Of a stretch of 64,000 nucleotides of DNA, positions 56,328 through 64,000 are shown piece by piece. The DNA is taken from contig JBGARZ010000005.1 of assembly GCA_044229975.1 (NCBI GenBank), forward strand, positions 1 to 64,000, read 5' to 3'. Every line of letters starts with the position of its first letter. Position 1 is the stretch's first letter. Made by a program: the position numbers and the translations under genes. Source of the stretch: Polyangiales bacterium (lineage in GTDB: Bacteria > Myxococcota_A > Polyangia > Polyangiales > Ga0077539). Under the pieces are notes generated by a model. That model was given only the letters and a program-made list of their open reading frames with translations. It was not told where the DNA came from and did no database searches.

Positions 56328-57499
56328 TGGAGCGCGTGGCGAGCGCCCTCCTCCTCGTCGTGACGACCCTTGCGGGCTGCGCCAACACCGTCACCGTCAC
56401 CGACGCCTCGGCCGACGCCAGCGTCGACGATGCGACCGACGCCTCCGTCACCCCGCGGGCCGTCGCCCAGATCGCCGCGGCGGGCGCCTACTCCTGCGCG
56501 GTGCGTTCGGACGGACGCGTGCGCTGCTGGGGGCGCTACGGGATGGGCCCCGACGCGGGTGTCGCCGAGAGCGCGGCGCCCTACGAGGTGGCCGGCCTCA
56601 CCGACGCCATCGAGGTCACCGTGTCGCCCGACACACCGGGCAGCGCGTGTGCCCTCCGCGCGGGTGGTCAGGTCGTGTGCTGGACCATCCGCACGCGCAC
56701 CGCCCCCGAAGCCGTCGCCGAGCTGCCGGCCGTCGCGCACATCACGAGCGGGTCGGGCCATCGATGCGCGCTCACCACCGAAGGCGAGGTCCTCTGCTGG
56801 GGAACCAACCGCTTCGGCAAGCTCGGTCGCCCCACCGACATGACCGCGGAGACACCCGCGAGGGTGCCCGGGCTCGCTCCGGTGCGCGCGCTCTCTTCAG
56901 GCGAGGCCGAGACCTGCGCGGTGACGCGCGACGGTCAGGTGTGGTGCTGGGGACGTAACCACCGCGGTGCGCTCGGCGACGGCGTCACGAGTGGACACGG
57001 CTGCCCCGTCGAGGGGGAGGACTGCTCCTTCGCGCCGGTGCGCGTGGCGGGCCTCGACGCCGCGACGAGCGTGTCTGTCGGGCTCAACGGCGCCTGCGCC
57101 GTGCAGCGCGGTCGCGCCTGGTGCTGGGGCTGGAACAACAACGGCCGCCTCGGCGACGGCACCGACGTCGACCGCCCGACCCCGACGGAGGTCCGTACGC
57201 CGGGCGAGGTCGCGTCGGTGTACTCGGGCTACCTCACGGGCTGCGCCATCGGCGTCCGCGGCGCCCTGTGGTGCTGGGGCTACGACCAGGGCCCAACCGT
57301 CGATGGGATGACCCTCCGGGCGCTCTCTCCGACGACCGTCGCCGGGGTCGACCGCGCGGTCGAGGCGACGGGCGGCTGGTACCACCTGTGCGCGCTGCGC
57401 GACGACGGCGCGGTGCTCTGTTGGGGCGGCAGCGACTTCGGACAGCGCGGCATCGACGGCGATGCAGGCGCCGCCGCGACGCGCGTCCCCGGACTCTAG
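56327..57499 (+). CDS. RCC1-repeat lipoprotein
   Basis: TGATG coupling with the upstream gene; lipobox LAGC; seven CWG-type blades. Confidence 0.88.
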   Translation: MERVASALLLVVTTLAGCANTVTVTDASADASVDDATDASVTPRAVAQIAAAGAYSCAVRSDGRVRCWGRYGMGPDAGVAESAAPYEVAGLTDAIEVTVSPDTPGSACALRAGGQVVCWTIRTRTAPEAVAELPAVAHITSGSGHRCALTTEGEVLCWGTNRFGKLGRPTDMTAETPARVPGLAPVRALSSGEAETCAVTRDGQVWCWGRNHRGALGDGVTSGHGCPVEGEDCSFAPVRVAGLDAATSVSVGLNGACAVQRGRAWCWGWNNNGRLGDGTDVDRPTPTEVRTPGEVASVYSGYLTGCAIGVRGALWCWGYDQGPTVDGMTLRALSPTTVAGVDRAVEATGGWYHLCALRDDGAVLCWGGSDFGQRGIDGDAGAAATRVPGL

Positions 57500-58809
57500 C
57501 GGGTACAGGTCGCGAGCGCGGTGCCGTCGAGGGCCGGGGCGAGCGGGGCGCAGCGCAGCCCGGTGGGGCAGATCCCGTCGACACAATACCGGGTGCAGTA
57601 AGCCGCGCCCGCGGTCGACGGCTGGCAGGCGCCGGTCGCGCAGTCCGAGGCCCGCGCGCAGGTCGCGCCCACCGCGCCACGACCCCTCATCGTGGGGCGG
57701 CACACGAGGTACAGCGGACCGCTCTCGCCGTCGGGTCGCCACGGCAGGCACGACGAACCCACGGGGCACCCGCTCGCCGGGGTGCATCCCTGGACGCAGA
57801 CGTTTTCGCCGCTGTCGCACACACCGCTGTAACAGACGATGGCGCCACCGCTCGCGCCGCAGCTCTCGCCCAGCGCGTGGTTGCCCATCACGTCCCCGGC
57901 CCCCATCGGCAGGTTGGACAACGGCGGGACGCACACCATCTGCCCCCCGACGGCCTGACAACGATACGGCGCCAGGGCCACCGGACTTCCGGAGGCGTTG
58001 GCGATGCTCATGCGTCGCGGGCAGTCGGCGTCGGCGGTGCACGGCGACGAGCAGATGTTGTACCCGGCGCCGGTGGTGACGCAGAGCCCGGAGGCGCAGT
58101 CGCCCGCGACGGTGCAGCCGTGCTCGACGTACACGCAGAGGCGCGCGCCGATGGTGGTGTTTTCGCAGGCGTAGCCCGCCGGACAGTCCGCTCCGACGGA
58201 GCACTCGCGGGTGCAGTGCGCCGCTCCTCCGGTGCTGTTGGCGAGGCAGTGGCGCGCGCAGGCGCCCGTCGCTCTCGGGTCGCACGTCGCGCCCGTGTCA
58301 TCGGGAACGCATCGCCCGGCGCCGCACAGGTTGCCGTGGCCGCAGTCGGCGCTGGTCGCGCAGCGTCGGGTGCACCAGCGCGCACCCGCGGCGGTCGCGA
58401 GGCAGTCGTCGCTCGCGCAGTCGGCGTTGGTGGCGCAGGGGTCGAGGTACGCGGCGCGGCTGACGGACCCGACGTCGACGGGAGCGACACCACGGTCGGT
58501 GGGGACGTCGGGCGCGGGCGGCACATCGACGCCGCGATCGGGGGGCGGCGACGGAGCGTCGACCCCGACGTCGATGGGGACCGCGACGACATCGACGCCG
58601 CCATCAAGGGGAGTCGCGACGACATCGACGCCGCCATCAAGGGGAGTCGCGACGACGTCGACGCCCACATCGCCGGCCGGCCGATCGACGGTGACGAAGC
58701 CCGCATCAGGCGCTGCGTCTTCCGGCGCGCCGAGGTCGGTCGGCAGCGAGAAGCCGCGGGACGAACACGCCGCGACGAGGGTCAGCGCCAACCAGCATCG
58801 GTGGGTCAT
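57496..58809 (-). CDS. Cys-rich lipoprotein with Asp/Val/Pro linker
   Basis: Lipobox VAAC; 33-bp VDVVATPLDGG repeats; C..xxDC.SG.C...CTR.C modules. Confidence 0.85.
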   Translation of the reverse strand: MTHRCWLALTLVAACSSRGFSLPTDLGAPEDAAPDAGFVTVDRPAGDVGVDVVATPLDGGVDVVATPLDGGVDVVAVPIDVGVDAPSPPPDRGVDVPPAPDVPTDRGVAPVDVGSVSRAAYLDPCATNADCASDDCLATAAGARWCTRRCATSADCGHGNLCGAGRCVPDDTGATCDPRATGACARHCLANSTGGAAHCTRECSVGADCPAGYACENTTIGARLCVYVEHGCTVAGDCASGLCVTTGAGYNICSSPCTADADCPRRMSIANASGSPVALAPYRCQAVGGQMVCVPPLSNLPMGAGDVMGNHALGESCGASGGAIVCYSGVCDSGENVCVQGCTPASGCPVGSSCLPWRPDGESGPLYLVCRPTMRGRGAVGATCARASDCATGACQPSTAGAAYCTRYCVDGICPTGLRCAPLAPALDGTALATCTR

Positions 58810-58876
58810 CGGGGAGGTGGCCACGGCGCGAGACCGTCGCACGACCGTAGATGACGCCACAACATCGCGGCGCCTC

Positions 58877-60721
58877 CTACGCCTCGGCCTCCTGGTAGCC
58901 CTCCGCCTGGAGGCGATACATCCGCGCGTAGACGCCGTTCTTCGCGAGTAGTTCGGTGTGCGTACCAGTTTCGGCCACGCGCCCTTCGTCGAGCACCACG
59001 ATGCGGTCGGCGAGGCGTACCGAGCCGAAGCGGTGCGTGATGAGCACGGCCGTCCGGTTGGCCTTCAGCGCCGCGAAGCGCTCGAACACCTCGTGCTCCC
59101 CTTCGGCGTCGATGGACGCCGTCGGCTCGTCGAGGATGAGCACATCGCTCCGCCGCATGAACGCCCGCGCCAGCGCCACCCGCTGCCACTGGCCCACCGA
59201 GAGTTCTTCTCCGTCGAACCACCGTCCGAGCATCGCGTCGTACCCGTTCGGCAGCGCCTCGATGACCTCGTCGGCCCGCGCCGCCTTCGCCGCGCGCTCC
59301 ACCGCCGCGCGGTCACCGCGGTCGGGGATCCACCCGAGGCCCACGTTGTCCGCCGCGCTGAAGTGGTAGTGAACGAAGTCCTGGAAGACGATCCCGACGC
59401 GGCTGCGCAGCACGGCCCGGTCGAGCGTCGCGACGTCTTCACCCCCCACCACGATGCGCCCCGCCGTCGGCGCGTAGAAGCCCGCCAGCAGCTTCACCAG
59501 CGTGCTCTTGCCCGCGCCGTTCGGTCCCACCAGCGCGATGGTCTCGCCCGCGCGGATGGTCAGCGTCACGTCGCTCAACGACGGCGCGTCGGCGCCCGCG
59601 TACGAGAAGGTGACGTTCTCGAAGCGCACCTCCGGCGGACTCTCGCCGAGCGACTTCGGGTCGACGAAGACCGGCGCCGTCGCGTCGTCCTCGGGCAGCC
59701 CGAGGTACTCGAAGAGGTTGGCGACGTAGAGGTTGTCCTCGTAGGTGCGCGCCAGCACGCTCAGCGCCGACTGAAACGACTCCTGACCCTGGCGAAACAC
59801 CGTCAGGTACAGCGTCATCGCGCCGAGGGTCAGGGCGCCCGCGACGGCGCGCGCGACGATCCACCCGTAGATCACATAGAAGACCAGCGCCGAGGCGAGG
59901 CCCAGCAGCGCGACGGCCAGACCACGGCGCGCGGCGAAGGAGCGGTCCTGCCCATAGAAGCGAGCGGTGTACTCGCGGTAGCGGGCGATGAGCGTCGGGC
60001 CGAGGCCGAAGAGCTTGACCTCCTTGGCGTACCAGTCACTCGTGAGCAGCGATTGCAGGTAGTAGGACTGCCGCTCGTCCTGCGTGCGCCCCTGCTTGAT
60101 GGCGTACTGCTCGCCCGCGTACCGCATCTCCGCGATGAACGGCAGCGCCGCCAGCGCCAGCGCCAGCACCGCCCACCCGCTGAACTGCGCCAGCAGCAAG
60201 CCGAATCCCGCGAGCGTGATGGCGTGGCGGGCGAGCGTGAAGCCGTGCGTGATGATCTCCACCGGCCGCCAGCCTGATTCCTTCCGCGCGCGTTCGAGCA
60301 CGTTCATGAACTCGGGGTCTTCGAAGTGCTTGATGGAGAGCCGCTGCGCCTTCTCGAAGATGAGCGTGTCGACGTGGGCGCCGAGCTTCGCGCGCAGCAG
60401 CGACGCGAGGTACCCGCGGTACTGCCCCCCGAGGTGGCGGGCCGCGAAGAGCGCCAGCTCCAGCGCCACCCAGAGCAGCGCCGGCCCGGTCGCGCGCGGC
60501 CCCACGGCGTGCGAAGCGAGCACCACCTCGTCGACGATGCGCTTGCCCACGTACGCCACCAACACCGGCAGCAGCGCGTCGGAGAACGACATCAGCACAT
60601 AGCGGGTGACGAGCCCGCGATCGAGCCCCCAGGCGAGCCCGAGCGCGCGGCGGATGTTACCGACGACCATCCCCGCGCGGCGCCATGACACCGTCGGCGG
60701 CGGGGCGGCGGTGGGGCTCAC
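58877..60721 (-). CDS. ABC exporter, fused permease/ATPase
   Basis: AKEVKLFG, GPNGAGKST, LSVGQWQRVALARAF and LDEPTA; GTG overlaps the upstream stop. Confidence 0.9.
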   Translation of the reverse strand: MSPTAAPPPTVSWRRAGMVVGNIRRALGLAWGLDRGLVTRYVLMSFSDALLPVLVAYVGKRIVDEVVLASHAVGPRATGPALLWVALELALFAARHLGGQYRGYLASLLRAKLGAHVDTLIFEKAQRLSIKHFEDPEFMNVLERARKESGWRPVEIITHGFTLARHAITLAGFGLLLAQFSGWAVLALALAALPFIAEMRYAGEQYAIKQGRTQDERQSYYLQSLLTSDWYAKEVKLFGLGPTLIARYREYTARFYGQDRSFAARRGLAVALLGLASALVFYVIYGWIVARAVAGALTLGAMTLYLTVFRQGQESFQSALSVLARTYEDNLYVANLFEYLGLPEDDATAPVFVDPKSLGESPPEVRFENVTFSYAGADAPSLSDVTLTIRAGETIALVGPNGAGKSTLVKLLAGFYAPTAGRIVVGGEDVATLDRAVLRSRVGIVFQDFVHYHFSAADNVGLGWIPDRGDRAAVERAAKAARADEVIEALPNGYDAMLGRWFDGEELSVGQWQRVALARAFMRRSDVLILDEPTASIDAEGEHEVFERFAALKANRTAVLITHRFGSVRLADRIVVLDEGRVAETGTHTELLAKNGVYARMYRLQAEGYQEAEA

Positions 60722-61704
60722 CGCCCGCCCGTCTGCGCGCGCATGTAGCGGTCGACGGCGGCGATCCAGTCCGCGCGCCAGCGTCGCTCGTCGTACTGCG
60801 CGACGGCCATCGCGCGGCTCGCGGCGCCCATCTTCCGCGCGAGCTCGTCGTCGTCCAGCAGCAGCCGGCAGTACTCGCGGATCTCCGCCGCCGTGCGCCC
60901 CACGAAGCCGTTGTGGCCGTGCACCACGTAGCGCTCGATGCCCGGGATCGCGAAGCTCACCAGCGGCATCCCGGTCATCATCGCTTCGAGCAGGGTGATC
61001 GTGTACTCCTGCTCGCCGTCGTGGAGGTACACGCGGCTCCGGCGCAGCGCGCGCAGGATGCCGTCGTAGCCGAGCGTCTCCTTCGACGCGTCGAGGTGGT
61101 CGACGTGCAGCGTGGGCAGGTCGCGCATCGCCTCGACGTACGCGCCGTAGTGCCAGCCCCGCTCGCGGTACGAGTGGATGATGGACAGCACCGTGCGGTC
61201 TTCGCCCGTCCATGGTCCGTAGGCGTCGACGTCGAGCCCGAGCGGGATGTACGGAACCTCCACCCCGAAGGTCTCGCGCACCCACTCGACGGTGTTGGGA
61301 TAGAAGCTCACCACGGTGAAGTCGTCGCGCTGGAGGAGCTCGGCCCAGTCGTCGCGTTCGAGCTCGCCCACCTTCGCGACGCGGTAGAGCTTCGGGATGT
61401 TGCGCCGCTCGCGAAACAGCTTGAACTGCCAGTTGAACATCAACCACGCGAGGTCGAGCTCACCCGGAAACGGGAAGTGCTCACCCGAGTCGAGGAGCCG
61501 GGCGTAGTCGTGGGGTTCGTAGTCGAGGTGCGCGTCCTCGAAGGCGGGCAGCAGGTTGTGCACGTTGGCCGGCTGCGGCCGCCAGTACTTGAACTGATCC
61601 CAGTGCCCGAGGAAGTAGGTGGGCAGGCCCACGCGGCAGAAGTGGTACTGGACGCCTGGGTGCGTCGGGATGATCAGCGTCTTCCAGCCGTCGGCAGGTC
61701 TCAT
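60718..61704 (-). CDS. GT-B glycosyltransferase (GT4-like)
   Basis: IPLGLD, EQEYTITLLEAMMTGMPLV, HGHNGF and LARKMGAASR. Confidence 0.82.
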   Translation of the reverse strand: MRPADGWKTLIIPTHPGVQYHFCRVGLPTYFLGHWDQFKYWRPQPANVHNLLPAFEDAHLDYEPHDYARLLDSGEHFPFPGELDLAWLMFNWQFKLFRERRNIPKLYRVAKVGELERDDWAELLQRDDFTVVSFYPNTVEWVRETFGVEVPYIPLGLDVDAYGPWTGEDRTVLSIIHSYRERGWHYGAYVEAMRDLPTLHVDHLDASKETLGYDGILRALRRSRVYLHDGEQEYTITLLEAMMTGMPLVSFAIPGIERYVVHGHNGFVGRTAAEIREYCRLLLDDDELARKMGAASRAMAVAQYDERRWRADWIAAVDRYMRAQTGGR

Positions 61705-61781
61705 CGGGGGACGCGGACGATATAGTCGCCCCGGCGCGCGAACAATCGCGCGATGACTCTCTCCCCTCTGAGGCGCATCGG

Positions 61782-63053
61782 ATGAAGGTCGCGGTCTACG
61801 GTCTCGGCTACGTCGGCTCGGTCACGGCGGCCTGTCTCGCCGACGCGGGGCACCACGTCGTGGGCATCGACGTGCACCCCGGCAAGGTCGCCTCCATCGC
61901 CGCGGGCGAGAGCCCCATCGTCGAGCCCGGCGTGGCCGAGCGCGTCCGCGCCGCCGTCGCCGCCGGGACCCTCCGCGCCAGCACCCGCGCGGTCGACGCC
62001 GCCGACTGCGACGTTGCCGTGCTCTGCGTGGGCACGCCCTCGCTCCCCAACGGCGCGCAAGACCTCCGCGCGCTCGAACGCGTCTGCCGCGACGTCGGCG
62101 AGAGCTTCTCGTCGTCCGTGGAGTACCCGACGGTGATCGTTCGCAGCACCGTGCTGCCGGGGGTCTTGCACGGCCACCTGCGCCCCGCGCTGGAGGAGAG
62201 CTCGGGCCGCCACGTCGGCGAAGACCTCGGTCTCTGCGTCGTGCCCGAGTTTCTCCGCGAGGGCAGCGGCGTGGCCGACTTCTACGCGCCGCCGATGACC
62301 GTCATCGGCGCGGTCGACGCGCGCGGCGCCGACGCGGCAGAGGCGCTCTTCGGCGTCGAGGGTGCGCCCAGCAAGCGCGTCCACCCCGACGAGGCGGTGA
62401 TGGTGAAGTACGCCAGCAACGCGTACCACGCGCTGAAGGTGGCCTTCGCCAACGAGGTCGACGACCTCTGCGCCCGCCACAACGTCGACGGCCGCACCGT
62501 GATGGAACTCTTCTGCCTCGACGACAAGCTCAACCTGTCGTCCCGCTACCTGCGCCCCGGCTTCGCCTTCGGTGGGTCGTGCCTGCCCAAAGACCTCCGC
62601 GCGATGGTCCATGCGGCGCGCCACCGCGACGCCGTGGTGCCCGTGGTCGAGGCCATCATGCAGAGCAACGCCGCGCGGGTGCAGCGCGCCGTCGACGACG
62701 TGGTGGCGACGGGTGCCCGACGCGTCGCCCTCATCGGTCTCAGCTTCAAGCCCGGCACCGACGACCTGCGCGAGAGCCCGCTCGTCGCGCTCGCCGAGAC
62801 GCTGCTGGGCAAAGGCTTCGCGCTCCGCATCTACGACCCCTCGCTCACCCTCGACCGCCTCACGGGCGCCAACCGTCGCTTCATCGAGCAGGCGATTCCC
62901 CACCTCGAACGCCTCCTCGCGCCCTCGTCTGCGGCCGCCGTCGAAGACGCCGAGGTGGTGCTCCTCGGCCACGCGCGCCCTGCCCTGCGCGACGCCCTGA
63001 CGCTGCGCGACGACCAGCGCCTCATCGACCTCACGCGCCTGCCCGACCCGTGA
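61782..63053 (+). CDS. UDP-glucose/GDP-mannose dehydrogenase (AlgD-like)
   Basis: GLGYVG, CVGTP, RSTV, PEFLREG, GFAFGGSCLPKD and FKPGTDDLRESP. Confidence 0.93.
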   Translation: MKVAVYGLGYVGSVTAACLADAGHHVVGIDVHPGKVASIAAGESPIVEPGVAERVRAAVAAGTLRASTRAVDAADCDVAVLCVGTPSLPNGAQDLRALERVCRDVGESFSSSVEYPTVIVRSTVLPGVLHGHLRPALEESSGRHVGEDLGLCVVPEFLREGSGVADFYAPPMTVIGAVDARGADAAEALFGVEGAPSKRVHPDEAVMVKYASNAYHALKVAFANEVDDLCARHNVDGRTVMELFCLDDKLNLSSRYLRPGFAFGGSCLPKDLRAMVHAARHRDAVVPVVEAIMQSNAARVQRAVDDVVATGARRVALIGLSFKPGTDDLRESPLVALAETLLGKGFALRIYDPSLTLDRLTGANRRFIEQAIPHLERLLAPSSAAAVEDAEVVLLGHARPALRDALTLRDDQRLIDLTRLPDP

Positions 63054-64000
63054 ACGACCGCCTCCGGCGCTGCGGCCCGTCGCTGGCGGCGGTGGCGTTC
63101 TTCATCGCGCTCGCGGTCTTTGCCTTCGCGCCGCTCTTCGCGCACGGCGCGTGGTTCACGTGGGACGCGCCCGACGAGTACTGGCCCGACCTCCACTTCC
63201 TCTGCCGCTCCCTCCACGACGGCCATTGGCCCCTCTGGAACCCCTACGACCGCGCCGGTTACCCCTTCCACGCCGACCCGCAGTCGGGGATGTACTACCC
63301 GCTCAACTGGGGTCTCTGCGCGCTCGGCGGTCGCGACGTCGCCATCCAGTGGTCGCAGTGGCGCGTCGTCGCCCACTTCATCATCGCGGGCTGCGCGATG
63401 ACCGGCTTCCTCCGCACGCTCGGCCTGCGCTGGGGGGCGGCGATGGTGGGCGGGGTGGCGTTCATGTTTGCGCCGTACCAGCGCCGCATGTGGGAGGTGA
63501 ACCTCTCGTACACGGTCGCCTGGTTGCCCGCGCTGCTGTGGTCCGTCGAGCGCCTCGCCGCTCGCCCCGACGCCCGCGCCGCCGCGATGCTCGGCCTCCT
63601 CGCCGCCGTCACCGCCAGCGTCGGATCGCCCCCGTCGCTCTACTTCACCGTGCTCACCGTCGGCGTCTACGCGCTCGTGCGCTGCGGCCCGCGTCGCGAC
63701 ACCTGGTGGCCGCTCGCCCTCTCGGCGGTACTCGCCCTCGCGATGTGCGGTGTGATGGTCGTCCCCACGCTGGGCCTGTCCCACCTCTCGGTGCAGCAGG
63801 CGAAAGACTTCGCCAGCATCAGCGCGGGCGCGTACCCGCCGCGTGGCCTCGGCAGCCTCGTGTGGCCCGAGCACAAGCTGCTCTACCTGGGCGCACCCGT
63901 CATCGCGCTCGCGCTCGCCGGCGCCTTCTCGCGTCGCAGCCCCCTCACCCGCTCGCAGCGCATCACCTTCGGCTCGCTCGCGGTGTTCGCGCTCTTGATG
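63050..64000 (+). CDS. YfhO-like GT-C membrane glycosyltransferase (runs off the window; absent from the ORF track)
   Basis: GTG overlaps the upstream TGA; my translation gives WPLWNPYDRAGYPFHADPQSGMYYPLN and many TM helices. Confidence 0.82.
   Translation, partial: MNDRLRRCGPSLAAVAFFIALAVFAFAPLFAHGAWFTWDAPDEYWPDLHFLCRSLHDGHWPLWNPYDRAGYPFHADPQSGMYYPLNWGLCALGGRDVAIQWSQWRVVAHFIIAGCAMTGFLRTLGLRWGAAMVGGVAFMFAPYQRRMWEVNLSYTVAWLPALLWSVERLAARPDARAAAMLGLLAAVTASVGSPPSLYFTVLTVGVYALVRCGPRRDTWWPLALSAVLALAMCGVMVVPTLGLSHLSVQQAKDFASISAGAYPPRGLGSLVWPEHKLLYLGAPVIALALAGAFSRRSPLTRSQRITFGSLAVFALLM

Noticed and set aside
30..63876. Many long Arg/Pro/Ala-rich overlapping or antisense ORFs (e.g. 1179-3899, 21110-23839, 47290-50106)
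   Set aside because: They are shadow ORFs expected at this GC content, overlapping genes with clear family motifs.

Overview
A gene-dense, very GC-rich 64 kb bacterial chromosome segment. Its content points to Myxococcota (Polyangiales-like): Cys-rich lipoproteins, RCC1 lipoproteins, Ser/Thr kinase-like proteins and an AglS/ExbD-like protein. About 50 CDSs are supportable. They include MdtA/MdtB efflux, RtcB, RsmG, a heme c plus copper monooxygenase lipoprotein beside a CcmF-CcmH fusion operon, two pseudokinases, a secreted caspase-family lipoprotein, DUF58-TgpA, HtpX, a ~21-repeat Cys-rich lipoprotein and a glycosylation cluster running off the right edge. I found no rRNA, tRNA, CRISPR array, transposase or reverse transcriptase. 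The most unusual signals are non-coding. (1) A 4 x 43-bp palindromic tandem array with an RBS-sequestering leader precedes an unknown 238-aa protein (42451-43470). (2) A separate ~4 x 44-bp array (20778-20951) shares a 24-nt core with the first. (3) An 87-bp perfect inverted repeat with nested hairpins lies at 17153-17378. (4) An orphan, frameshifted copy of the giant Cys-rich protein's C-terminal tip sits 35 kb away from it. All assignments are by eye from motifs; no database searches were run.
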